Shown here one piece after another: positions 1-11,500 of a DNA stretch of 59,176 bases; within the stretch, counting starts at the first letter, position 1; each line of letters opens with the position of its first letter. A model generated the notes under the pieces. The model was not told the DNA's origin and did no database searches. It saw nothing but the letters and a program-made list of their open reading frames with translations. The DNA lies in the IMG/VR virus record IMGVR_UViG_3300007513_002695, positions 1 through 59,176 of that record; one strand, 5' to 3'. This stretch comes from a virus (Duplodnaviria > Caudoviricetes). A program made the translations under genes and the position numbers.

Positions 1-110
1 TAGAAAGATGACTTAGAAAGTGATCATAGGTTTTAAATCCCATCTTTTTAACCCAAGAACTCACTTGAATTCTTCTTCTCTTAGAATAGTATTCCCACGA
101 AATAGACAAT

Positions 111-398
111 TTAACACTCCTTTAAAAATAAATCATTGCTTGTTTCAAGATCGTCTCTAATGATCTCTAACAATATATCTATTTCGCTCTCTGTGTGTGA
201 TCCTAAAAGATAGGACTTTAATAAATGCTCCAGCTCATCGTATGATCTAGGGTGATCAGCCATCGTAGTTATTTCTTGAATTGCGCTTGCACAAAAAATC
301 AAGAGATTTTCAGCCCTCTCTTCAGACCAGTCACAAGCCTCAAGTAATCTAGTTGACTTTCCTAGATCCTTCAAAGAATTAAATAGATAACTAAACAT
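111..398 (-). CDS. hypothetical protein
   Basis: 95-aa ORF directly downstream of 401..673 in the same operon; no recognisable motif. Confidence 0.65.
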   Translation of the reverse strand: MFSYLFNSLKDLGKSTRLLEACDWSEERAENLLIFCASAIQEITTMADHPRSYDELEHLLKSYLLGSHTESEIDILLEIIRDDLETSNDLFLKEC

Positions 399-400
399 TT

Positions 401-673
401 TTAATTAGATAAAATATCGCTTACGCTAGACTGAAACCTCGGATCAGAAGCAATCTGGTCAATTTTTTCCTGATTTGTGTCACAGCTATAGAGGTTACAC
501 ACGTCCTTTGCAAGCTTCCGCATTGCAGAAAGAAACACGTTTCTAGCTGTTGAATGATTCATCTTATATCCAGACGCTGTCATTTCCTCGGCAATTTCTC
601 GATATCCGATTCCAAAATCATCTGATACTGTAGCGTATCCGCCCCTTACTTTATATCCTTTCGGCATTGACAT
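401..673 (-). CDS. helix-turn-helix protein resembling sigma70 region 4.2 (possible partner of the truncated sigma factor)
   Basis: FGIGYREIAEEM...STARNVFLSAMRKL resembles sigma-4 HTH (TLEEIG...RERIRQIE..ALRKL); own SD GGGAGAG upstream of ATG. Confidence 0.6.
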   Translation of the reverse strand: MSMPKGYKVRGGYATVSDDFGIGYREIAEEMTASGYKMNHSTARNVFLSAMRKLAKDVCNLYSCDTNQEKIDQIASDPRFQSSVSDILSN

Positions 674-689
674 AAATTACTCTCCCTAT

Positions 690-1424
690 TTAAACATTAA
701 ACGATTCGTCTTCGAGAAGGTCTTCAACTATTCCAAATCTCAAACGAAGTATCTTTTCTTCTCTTGCACTAAGTTTCTTAATACAATCTCTAATTGCTCC
801 AGCAACTCTCTCTCTATCAATCATCTCCCCTGGGTCAATTGAACTAGAATCTGCAATTGTCTCTGAAAAAAGCCTGCCGCCTGACTCCTCATTAATCGGA
901 GCATCGATTGACAACATCCTTTGCAAAGCAGCTGATTCCTGGCTAGTCTTAATCATAGACTCTGACACACCTAGCAGATCAGCAAGCTCACTACAGGTTG
1001 GTGTTTCTCCAAATTCAGATTCATACTCTTTGGATGTTCTTCTTATTTTGCTAAGCAATCCGCTTGCATGTGCTGGGATTCTCACAGTGTTGGAATGGGT
1101 TGTAAGATACCTGGTCACTGACTGCTTGATCCACCAGCATGCATAAGTAGAAAATTTAAAACCTCGACGCCAGTCAAAGCGATCAACTGCCTTCATCAGC
1201 CCTATATTAGATTCTTGAATTAAATCTGAAAGAGAGGACTTTGAACCTGGCCTGTAATACTTCTTGGCGATACTAATGGCCAACCTGAGATTTGATTCGA
1301 TCATCTGATCTCTGGCTAGAAGGTCTCCCTTTTCTATTCTTTTTGAAAGTTCAACCTCCTGCTCCTTGCTTAGAAGAGAAGTTTTTCCAACTTCAGTAAA
1401 ATAGGAATCAATGGCTGCCGACAT
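690..1424 (-). CDS. sigma70-family RNA polymerase sigma factor (RpoD/RpoS-like), lacking region 4.2
   Basis: Region 1.2 (LLSKEQEVELSKRI), region 2 (NLRLAISIAKKY, DLIQESNIGLMKAVDRFDWRRGFKFSTYACWWIKQ), region 3, region 4.1 (LSAREEKILRLRFGI), then stop. Confidence 0.92.
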   Translation of the reverse strand: MSAAIDSYFTEVGKTSLLSKEQEVELSKRIEKGDLLARDQMIESNLRLAISIAKKYYRPGSKSSLSDLIQESNIGLMKAVDRFDWRRGFKFSTYACWWIKQSVTRYLTTHSNTVRIPAHASGLLSKIRRTSKEYESEFGETPTCSELADLLGVSESMIKTSQESAALQRMLSIDAPINEESGGRLFSETIADSSSIDPGEMIDRERVAGAIRDCIKKLSAREEKILRLRFGIVEDLLEDESFNV

Positions 1425-1498
1425 ATTTTCTCCACATGGTGTGTGTTTTAGTTTGATATATTAAAAATAGACACATTGCATCTACTTTAAAGGGGAAA

Positions 1499-1792
1499 TT
1501 AGAATCTTCTTTGTTTATTTGCAAGATACGCTTTGTGAGCAAGCTTTCTTCTCTTTCTACTTTCAAGCTCTCTATGAATGTAGCACATTTCAATTTCAGC
1601 TGCAAATGCTCGCTTGTTTCGACCTCTCATGTTTTCAATTATTTCTTTCATGGCGTTATAAGATCTTCCCAGCTCATCATCGTGCATATAATTTAGCTTT
1701 TCACGACTGTACTTTCTCATTCTATCTTGCTTCCTTTTAATATTATACATCAAGATTTTTAGTTTTACATGATTTAGTGAGATTATCCTCAC
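1499..1792 (-). CDS. basic hypothetical protein
   Basis: ORF between a promoter-like element and the sigma gene; true start may be a downstream Met. Confidence 0.55.
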   Translation of the reverse strand: MRIISLNHVKLKILMYNIKRKQDRMRKYSREKLNYMHDDELGRSYNAMKEIIENMRGRNKRAFAAEIEMCYIHRELESRKRRKLAHKAYLANKQRRF

Positions 1793-1798
1793 AAATAA

Positions 1799-1826
1799 AG
1801 TATATTACATTTGTTGAAAGTGTACA
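1799..1826 (-). promoter_or_regulatory. early/middle-type promoter TGTACA-N16-TATACT
   Basis: Matches the recurring TG(T/A)A(A/C)A-N16/17-TATAAT pattern seen before several genes. Confidence 0.55.
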
Positions 1827-1954
1827 AGATGTTGTTGTTGATTTTTATCTCTACAAGTCTTTAGAGAGTCTTTAGAGCTTTGGTCATGGTAAATATTAAA
1901 CTATCGGTTCCTATGCAACCAGCAGGGTGTCAGATACCCCTAAGCGCAAAAAAC

Positions 1955-2308
1955 CTAGCCGCTGTTTATTGCATCATACAGTGTCTTAATAATTAAGCCA
2001 ACCATAGACGTAGAAACGACCCACATTAGCTTTTGAAATCCCGACACTTGAGATTTTATTATAGCAAAGTCTTCATTTAAATTTTGAGGATAGTTTGTTT
2101 GAATTTCTTGAAGTCGCTGCTCTAAAAGAGTAATTCTTGTTTCTTGTTTAGCTGTAGCACTTGTTAGAGAGCTCATTGACTTTTCTATCTTTTCAAAACC
2201 TTCCTTTATGATATCAAGCTTTTGTGCAACGCTAGCTGAGGCAATCTTAAGCTCAGTTAAATCATTTGAAAGTTTAGAAATCCACTCTTCAGTCGAACCA
2301 TTTGACAT
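1955..2308 (-). CDS. coiled-coil protein with C-terminal transmembrane helix (XhlA/holin-like architecture)
   Basis: Heptad-rich N-terminus; hydrophobic LMWVVSTSMVGLII near the C-terminus. Confidence 0.55.
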   Translation of the reverse strand: MSNGSTEEWISKLSNDLTELKIASASVAQKLDIIKEGFEKIEKSMSSLTSATAKQETRITLLEQRLQEIQTNYPQNLNEDFAIIKSQVSGFQKLMWVVSTSMVGLIIKTLYDAINSG

Positions 2309-2559
2309 TATTTCACCCTCGCGAACATACCGAATCTATCCTTAACGAGTCGAAAAACGCCGCTTCTTCCGACCCTAGGACTAACTTTAACTTTCATTAA
2401 ATAAGTATTACCAGACTTGATAATCTTCCCGGCGGACTTGATTGCTTTGTTGATCTTTAGCCACAGCAATATTTGAGACATATCCTCATCTGACTGTGTC
2501 AGGATGGTGGCATATTTCCCATTTTCTTTTTTTATTTTTTTTCTACTTTCAAAAATCAC
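2308..2559 (-). CDS. hypothetical protein
   Basis: 83-aa ORF whose stop overlaps the next start. Confidence 0.6.
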   Translation of the reverse strand: MIFESRKKIKKENGKYATILTQSDEDMSQILLWLKINKAIKSAGKIIKSGNTYLMKVKVSPRVGRSGVFRLVKDRFGMFARVK

Positions 2560-2582
2560 AATGCCCTTAGCCTAGTTTTTTA

Positions 2583-2981
2583 TTAAATTACCAAAGGCTT
2601 GCCGTCTAGCGTAAAATCTCGACCGTTTACTGATAGAACTTTTAGAGATACCACACCGGGCAGGGACTTAACTTTTTCTCCGAGAAGTTTAAGGTTTTTT
2701 TCAAGAGAACCTCCGATTGGTAAGAACTTTATATACATGTCAATATAAGATTTACCATGAGCAACTTTGGGTCTCACAACTTTAGATTTTTGTCCAACAA
2801 CAGTTACCCCGTGAAGGGCGCGAATTCTAGTCATTGTGTCAGGCACGTGCGCTTCTTCTTCCATTGCCAGCCTGTATATGGCGTTTAAAACTTCTTTCTC
2901 AAGCCTATACTTGGGATCAGCTTCTATAAGAAGGGAAATAAAGCTTCTCAGGGTGCGTTCAGAAATATGATCAGACATCAT
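2583..2981 (-). CDS. hypothetical protein (N-terminal ISExxLRxxI tag)
   Basis: 132-aa ORF; ATAATTA 5 nt before ATG; begins ISERTLRSFISLLIE. Confidence 0.65.
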   Translation of the reverse strand: MMSDHISERTLRSFISLLIEADPKYRLEKEVLNAIYRLAMEEEAHVPDTMTRIRALHGVTVVGQKSKVVRPKVAHGKSYIDMYIKFLPIGGSLEKNLKLLGEKVKSLPGVVSLKVLSVNGRDFTLDGKPLVI

Positions 2982-2986
2982 AAAGA

Positions 2987-2993
2987 TAATTAT
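2987..2993 (-). promoter_or_regulatory. putative late promoter ATAATTA (leaderless start)
   Basis: ATAnTTA 5 nt before ATG with no SD; same geometry at 30944, 38149 and 51314. Confidence 0.55.
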
Positions 2994-3008
2994 TATGCTG
3001 AATGCAAA

Positions 3009-4827
<1,819 letters not shown>

Positions 4828-4841
4828 TTCAAACTCCTGTC

Positions 4842-5288
4842 TTATATTGCCGAAGAAGAAACTCTCGCCTTTAAGCCTCCTCCAAGATCTACCTCAGCAT
4901 TACTAAAACTTTGAGGTAGTGGAGGCTCCTTGGTGTCAGACGAAATAGCATCTTCATCTATAACACCATTGGCGGGAGAAGTTTCTTGACGTGTTAAATA
5001 ATCAAGCTTTTCACAAGCCACTTTCTTTGAATGGCCAACTATTTCGTCTATCATTCCGGTCGCACGCTCTATCATTTTATCTCGAAGATCATCAACATCC
5101 GTAAAAACTTCAGCGTTTAGATCTCCCAAAGGTGAAACGGTAGATTTTTTATCTGGGAAAACGACATTATAAGAAACAACTTCTTCATCTAGAGTTCTTC
5201 TCACAATTTGTTCTACAATCTTGACCGGGATTACTTTTTTATCCTTTCTAAGAAGTAGAAATATAACTTGACCTACTGTGTACTTCAT
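4842..5288 (-). CDS. hypothetical protein
   Basis: 148-aa ORF; N-terminal SH3/KOW-like beta pattern (YTVGQVIFLL). Confidence 0.65.
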   Translation of the reverse strand: MKYTVGQVIFLLLRKDKKVIPVKIVEQIVRRTLDEEVVSYNVVFPDKKSTVSPLGDLNAEVFTDVDDLRDKMIERATGMIDEIVGHSKKVACEKLDYLTRQETSPANGVIDEDAISSDTKEPPLPQSFSNAEVDLGGGLKARVSSSAI

Positions 5289-5357
5289 CTAATCAAACTT
5301 GGCTTACTCAAGTATCACACAAAAAGCGGGATACGTTAAACTAGCGTGGGCTTAAAC

Positions 5358-5543
5358 TTAACCCTGATGCTTTATAACATCTTCGGTTAAAACCAAAAAA
5401 GTATCTTTGTGTCCCGTTTTCTGTGTATACTCAGTTAAATCGAGATTTTGAAGTGCATCTTTTAAGCGATGCTCTTCTCTATACCCGCCATAGTTTGTAT
5501 AAATTTTAACTAGCCTTTCAATGACTGTGTTATGTAATTTCAA
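5358..5543 (-). CDS. hypothetical protein
   Basis: 61-aa ORF filling the gap on the coding strand. Confidence 0.5.
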   Translation of the reverse strand: MKLHNTVIERLVKIYTNYGGYREEHRLKDALQNLDLTEYTQKTGHKDTFLVLTEDVIKHQG

Positions 5544-5567
5544 TTTTAATCTCGGTTGTTGATTTTT

Positions 5568-6125
5568 TTATCTAAAGCCAACACCTAGTGCGCCCATAGC
5601 GACGCGACCTTTTTTACTACGTGCCGGCTTATTATCACCATACACCCAGGATGAATCACTGTAAACTCTTCCCTCAGATCCAAACATTGACCTAATTTCA
5701 CGTCGGACGGCTTGGCGGACCTTGTTCTCAGCGACAGACTGGCCCCTCTCTTTTCTCATTCTGAGAATCTCTCTCTTGAGCATGGCCTCATCTATCTCAA
5801 CAATCTCATCTTCGCCATCCTCTGTGATTTCAAAAGCATCGAGGGGCGGTGCAATATCAACATCTCCGGGAGTTTCGCCGTCGCCGCCTCTTTCAGAAAG
5901 GCTGCTGAGCCATTCCTCTTCTTCCTCCGGAGACACTTGGCCCCCATCAAGATTAACACCGTCTTGTTCAGAAAGTTGACCTTTTCCATATTGAAGATCT
6001 CTCTCTCCGGCAAGTGCAGAATCTTCATGATAGCTTCTATTTGAAGCTTCATTTAGCATACCGCTTGATTGGTTCCCGGGAGTAACTCCTGCAAGGGCAG
6101 CAAGCCTATCAGCATTAAATCTCAT
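5568..6125 (-). CDS. acidic putative virion/head-associated protein
   Basis: Start moved to ATG 6125 (SD AAGGAG); ATATTTA at 6153..6159; many LNE/LSE/ITE sites plus IDEAMLKREI and AENKVRQAVRREI tags. Confidence 0.6.
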   Translation of the reverse strand: MRFNADRLAALAGVTPGNQSSGMLNEASNRSYHEDSALAGERDLQYGKGQLSEQDGVNLDGGQVSPEEEEEWLSSLSERGGDGETPGDVDIAPPLDAFEITEDGEDEIVEIDEAMLKREILRMRKERGQSVAENKVRQAVRREIRSMFGSEGRVYSDSSWVYGDNKPARSKKGRVAMGALGVGFR

Positions 6126-6179
6126 TATCTTAGTCTCCTTAGTAGACAATATTAAATATACACGTCAACTAGATTTTTC

Positions 6180-6947
6180 CTAAGAGAATTTTTCTAGAAT
6201 TACGCTGTAGTTTCTCGGAGAACTTTTCCAATAATCTATCTTATTCTGAATCTTAGAAAGCGACCTTGTGCTTTTCTGTTTTTCTCTCTTAAGCATCTTT
6301 ATCAGATTACTCTTTTTTCTTTTTGCATTAGGAGAGCACCTGTTTATTCTAGATGATATCTGTGACTCTTTCTCAGCGAATTTTTTCTTAGAATCATCTA
6401 TGTCTGTATGTAACTTTGCCAAATAGATTTCGCTATTATCTCTAACACTTCCCACTAAAATGTTGCATTTCTCCATGCAACTGGATTTAATCATCTGGGA
6501 TCTTCCTCTTGAGCCGTTTGCTGGCGGTCTAAAATTTTCTATAGTTAAGTTTTCAAAATGAAGGACAGCAAATTCTGAAAAACTAGGAGAGGAAATTATA
6601 TAAATGTAATCCAGAGAACCCTTCGCCCGAAGCGTCTCATAGTCTGTTTGTAAACTGATTTGCCCTGACTTGTTTCTTGTTGTAAGCTTGCATTCAAGCT
6701 CCTTTCCGATTGAACCGACAACTATATCAGGTTGGCCTGGGCGACCATCTGATATTACATCAGAATAAACTTTGCCAATCTCTGCAGCAAGAAACTTTTC
6801 TTGAGACTGGGAAAGAATACAATTCCTTCGGCCAGAATTTTCAAGTAGATCCATATCATGTTTAGAAAAGATGTTTCTAATATCCTCATGAAATTTTTGC
6901 ATATTTAAAATGGCACTCTGGGCCATTTCTTTGGTTATATAGCTCAA
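6180..6947 (-). CDS. PD-(D/E)XK nuclease-fold protein with C-terminal coiled coil
   Basis: SQEKFL...QPDIVV...ELECKLT catalytic-like motif. Confidence 0.55.
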   Translation of the reverse strand: MSYITKEMAQSAILNMQKFHEDIRNIFSKHDMDLLENSGRRNCILSQSQEKFLAAEIGKVYSDVISDGRPGQPDIVVGSIGKELECKLTTRNKSGQISLQTDYETLRAKGSLDYIYIISSPSFSEFAVLHFENLTIENFRPPANGSRGRSQMIKSSCMEKCNILVGSVRDNSEIYLAKLHTDIDDSKKKFAEKESQISSRINRCSPNAKRKKSNLIKMLKREKQKSTRSLSKIQNKIDYWKSSPRNYSVILEKFS

Positions 6948-6948
6948 A

Positions 6949-7305
6949 CTAATCCTCCGAAGCTATTCGAGTTCTAACATTTGAAGTAATTTTCTTACCC
7001 TTCTCGGCAGCTGCCGCAAGAGGCTCTAGGTCAAGTGCGTGCCTAACCATATCATATACATCATGTGAAAGCTTTTCTTTAAGGACTGCCATATCAGCAT
7101 ACTGATGAAGATCCCACTGAACAACTGGGACATCTTCTCCCTCAAGTCCGGGCTCTAGCTCTCCTGTCTCTCTGCTCTCAAAAATATAAAGAAGTTTTGG
7201 CATTTCTTCTTCAGGGGGAACCATTACAAATGGAAGCTGTGAAGAGCCACCTTCTGCAACCTCTTCGTACATAATTTCAGGAATCCACCTGCTGGTTGGT
7301 GACAT
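6949..7305 (-). CDS. hypothetical protein
   Basis: 118-aa ORF with SD AAGGAG. Confidence 0.7.
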   Translation of the reverse strand: MSPTSRWIPEIMYEEVAEGGSSQLPFVMVPPEEEMPKLLYIFESRETGELEPGLEGEDVPVVQWDLHQYADMAVLKEKLSHDVYDMVRHALDLEPLAAAAEKGKKITSNVRTRIASED

Positions 7306-7353
7306 AGTTAATTTCTCCTTATATTCTAATTGTTACACAAAAAAAGAAGTTGT

Positions 7354-8247
7354 TTAATTAAAAGAGATTTGTGATGATGCTCTTTGAAATACTACGTCAA
7401 AATTATGAAGAACTGTTGGGTTTGAAGCAAGGCTTGGTCCTGCAGCAAGACCTGAATAATCTTTGAGCTGAGCTAAAATATCTAGAAACACTCTCTTTGA
7501 CTCAGCTTTTACATTGTCTAGTGTATACTGCTCTATATCACGCTGTAGTTGCACCAGCTGTTCTTCAGTCAAATTATTAATTTCAGGAGCCTGTGAAGAA
7601 ACCAGGGCCTCTCTCAAGAGATCTTCTGAGGAAGGTATGTTAATACCCGTAGAGTCATATTCATAAAATATTTCATTAATTGTCTGATTTAATGAACTGA
7701 TATCTGGCTGTCTTGCGATGGTAAGGTAGTCTGAAACAACCTGTTGGGCATCTTCCGAAACTCTTCTAATGAAATCATCTACACTGTCACTGCTAGATTC
7801 CCGATACTCTCTGATTCCTCTTCCGCCCGAAATATTTCTAGTAAATCTTCGACCCTGACCAGAAGAAACATCTTGACTAATCCCGGTTGCTGCTGACCCT
7901 CCAAGAGATCCAATCTTCGTAAATACACGTCCCAGCAGTCCGGTAACTACACCGGCTAAGCTAGACACTAGTCCAAAAAGACCTCCTGTCTCTATTGGGT
8001 TCCCATCAGCGTCGACTCCCCCGCCGAAGAGCGTTCTGTATGCGGGGGTAACAAGAGAGTGGATCAGACCAACGTCATCTAAAGTTTGAGGATTTTCACG
8101 ACCAAAAAGCTTCAGCCCTCCGGGAAATTTAGCACCAGCACCGTCAGGGGCTGTGTAACTATAAAACTCTCTTTCCTTTATCAAATTTTGACTCATTGCA
8201 TACTCTCTAATGAGTGTTATTAACAATGCTTTTTCATTCGAATCCAT
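7354..8247 (-). CDS. hypothetical protein (N-terminal LLxxLIRE tag)
   Basis: Long ORF; start placed at ATG 8247 after AAAGGAGAG; EKALLITLIREY..LIKE. Confidence 0.65.
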   Translation of the reverse strand: MDSNEKALLITLIREYAMSQNLIKEREFYSYTAPDGAGAKFPGGLKLFGRENPQTLDDVGLIHSLVTPAYRTLFGGGVDADGNPIETGGLFGLVSSLAGVVTGLLGRVFTKIGSLGGSAATGISQDVSSGQGRRFTRNISGGRGIREYRESSSDSVDDFIRRVSEDAQQVVSDYLTIARQPDISSLNQTINEIFYEYDSTGINIPSSEDLLREALVSSQAPEINNLTEEQLVQLQRDIEQYTLDNVKAESKRVFLDILAQLKDYSGLAAGPSLASNPTVLHNFDVVFQRASSQISFN

Positions 8248-8518
8248 TAAATCTATCTCTCCTTTCAGCAAGCGATCTTAAGATAAGACCTGTTCCGGTA
8301 ATTTCTTTATAATAATTAATAATATTCTTTTCAAATTTATTTAAATTTTGCTCTTTGGTTTTAGGATCTCTTGTTGAAAAATTCTTTCTTAGCTTGGGCG
8401 GAAGACCTTTCATGACTTCTTTTTTTACTGTAACCCAGTCATCACAGTTGCTAGTATATGTAGAGACAAATCGAACTTCTTCAAAAATTCTTTCTTTATC
8501 TTCTACGCTAATTGTCAC
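8234..8518 (-). CDS. hypothetical protein
   Basis: 94-aa ORF whose start overlaps the stop of the 1427-aa gene. Confidence 0.6.
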   Translation of the reverse strand: MTISVEDKERIFEEVRFVSTYTSNCDDWVTVKKEVMKGLPPKLRKNFSTRDPKTKEQNLNKFEKNIINYYKEITGTGLILRSLAERRDRFNGFE

Positions 8519-11500
8519 TATATTATCTCCCTGATCATTCTTCTTAGCGCTTCAGAGATATTCTCTTCTTCTGACGCCTCCAAAGATTTGACGACCGCCT
8601 TTGGGTCTGGGAAAGAAGATTTCTTAACCATTTTTATAAAATCTTTTCTGTCAGCTTCATTATCCAAATCAATTCCAGAAGTTACCAATTTTTTAAGAGG
8701 ATTCCCAGTTAGCTGGGACCTTATTCCATAATTTCCTCCTCTGAAGTTTCTAAAATAAACGGATCCAAGTGCATCAGGGAAATCAAATATCTTAGTTGAT
8801 CTGTCATTTCCAACGGTTATTTTATAGTCTGGGTGAAGATGAAACAAACCTTTTCCCTTTACTTGAACAAGCCCAGCTTTTTTAAGCATATAGTATTTTC
8901 GAAGAATTTCTGCAGAAACTTTGTAAACTGCTAGAAGGGCACCCTTTATCTCTCTATCTCCGACAGTAATTGGATTATCATTTAGAACAGGTTGAACAAT
9001 GTCCACGTATTCATCTCTAGAAATCTTTCTCAACATGCTCTCTATTTTTGGAGTAGGGCTATTAGCTCGATAGGAATTGATCGCTTTTCTAACTTTTTCA
9101 AGTCTCTTCTTCACCTTCTTTCGAGAGGGATCTGCATTAATTAGATTTGCTATATCTTGATTTTGAGGTTTTGGGTTGGTAGCTAGAAACTCGCCCTTAT
9201 CAAAATCATAGGCAAGTGTAGGCTCACCGGCTTGAGCGTTGGGTAACTTGATCTCAATACCAAGCTTCTCAGGAAGACCCTTTTCGTTGATATCTACCGT
9301 TGGAATATAAATATCAGAGACTGAATTATCTTCTCCGCCGGAAACCGCAGCCCCGGAATCTTCGAGTTGTTTAAGAGAAGCAAGCTCATACTCATACCCA
9401 GCTTTCCGCTGACCACCTGTAACGCCTGCGATTCCAAACAAGATGAGAAGATTTGAATCAACCAAATAATATGCTGTATAAGATCCGCTTGTATTTTTCC
9501 CCTCGAGAGGGGCAAGTTCTCTAACCTGTCCAGCGTGCCCAGGAGAGAGAATATCATAAAGGTTGTTCATCAATAAAGAGAAGTCATGCTTATCTTGTGA
9601 GCCTGACTTTATTCCAAATCTCATTAAACCGAGGGTAGCACTACCCCCAATAGATTTTTCAAAATCTGATCCTAAAAACTCATTAGAAGAAAGTATTTTT
9701 TGAATAACTTTTGTTTTAGCTTTCCAAGTCTTTGCAGAGTTAAACTCGTCTGCTTCAGGCCCAGTCTCCTCCTCCTCCTCCTCTTCAGGAGAGATTAGTG
9801 TATCTTTTCCTATTTCAATATCAACTGAAACATCTTCCTCTTCTTCAAATAGAACAGTCCTTATCATTTTTCTTAAACTGTTTTCTGACACACTCTCTAT
9901 CCTTTTTGATTTAATATACTCCACAGCTTCTTGCGCAGCACTCCTGACTCTCTCTGACTTAGAGCCAAGCCTATTACCAATATAGGTTTCAAATCTATCC
10001 AGAGCCTCTCTGAATTCATCTGCGTTAGATTCTAGCATGTAATCAACAAGTTGATTAAAGGTTCTAACTGTATCCTTTGGAACTGTAATTCCAATCAGCG
10101 GGAGATAATTATCGGGATCAATGATCCTTCCCTCGAGATTCTCTTTACCCCCTATTCTCTCTCTCCAGCCGCCAGGAAAAGCAACCGTGTATTTAATTAC
10201 CTTGTCAGGCGAAGATTCTCTCTCACCTTTTATTTTTGCAAGTAGAGATAGCATCAGCTTATGATACTCTCCTTTTACTTCTCCTTCTCCCCCACCAGAA
10301 AGTTCCCACGCTGTATCTTCAATGCTGCGACTTTTAAATAGATCTACCTGATAATACCTCCCATCAAGATCAATCATGATGGTAGCTGCCTGCCCTCCTG
10401 GTAATTTCATAACCCTTGGGATTCCAGAAACAAGCTCGTCCCTAAGATAAGGTAGACCATTCAATCCGGCAACAAGGGTCGGAAGATCAGGTTCGCTAAC
10501 AACAAGGTCAACATCCCCGATCTCTTTTTTATTTGTTGCAGTGCTTCCGGCAGGTAGATAATCTAGCCCCAAAGGTTGTAAAACATTTCTCTCAACCTCG
10601 CTTGTTATTTTGTCTGCTACCTGTCTCGATATTCTTTCATCTGTAGTTACAGGCGGGCCTGTTGGGCGACCCCTTTCGTCCCTTGGTCGGAAAGCATTTC
10701 CTCCCTCAATAACTAACCTTTCAGATAGTACAGGAAAATATTTATCAATCTTCTCAGCCCTGTTATTATTATGATTAGATCGACTTCTATAGTCTTTAAG
10801 AGACTTTTCAGGATCTAGCTTGTTTCTTTTTGCAAGTCTGCCCATGGCGGGACCACCCATGCTATTGGCAATTCCGTATGCTATGGCGCGCCCCCTGTCA
10901 GTTTGCCAGCGCTTTCCTTTTTCTCCAAACCCTCTAATTTCATCCTCTGCGGGTAGTGCAGTCACATTCAACCAAGCTTTAAGTTGCTTTCCTTGATTTG
11001 CCCGATTGCTGGCAAATCTTTTCATTGACTCTTTCCAGCCAGGAATATTATTATAACAGTGCTTACTCTTGCAATCGATAGACTTTAGCTCGGCTACGGT
11101 CATTCCAGTTTCCCTAACATCATCATCTGTCATTACGTCGTATAATTTAGGCAAGCCATCTGAAGCAAAGTGACCTATTCCGACGGTTCCTCCATCAAGT
11201 GGGAAAACATCATCCCATCTCTTTCCTGATACTAGCGGTGCTTCTCCTCTAATACAATCAGCATCAGGGCACTTTGCAATAACTTTGGCAAGAATCTTCA
11301 ATGCAAGATTTCTATCGAAGCCTGAAACATCTCCGGTAGCTACAACTTCTGGAGAATAGTCGGCATCAGATGAGCTATCAGCCTCTAAGTCAACTGCTTC
11401 ACTTAGGCTTAAAACAGTATGTTGAATTATCTCATTTAGCATCTCTTCAACATCTTCTTCCTGTGGGTCACTTCCCGGAAGAGAAGCCTTTCCGAAACCT

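Noticed and set aside
674-692. Stop-codon read-through joining the sigma ORF to the downstream HTH ORF
   Set aside because: The two ORFs are in different frames and the second has its own SD and ATG; a sequencing frameshift cannot be fully excluded without reads
9766-9786. (TCC)n microsatellite
   Set aside because: It simply encodes a poly-Glu linker in the 1427-aa protein
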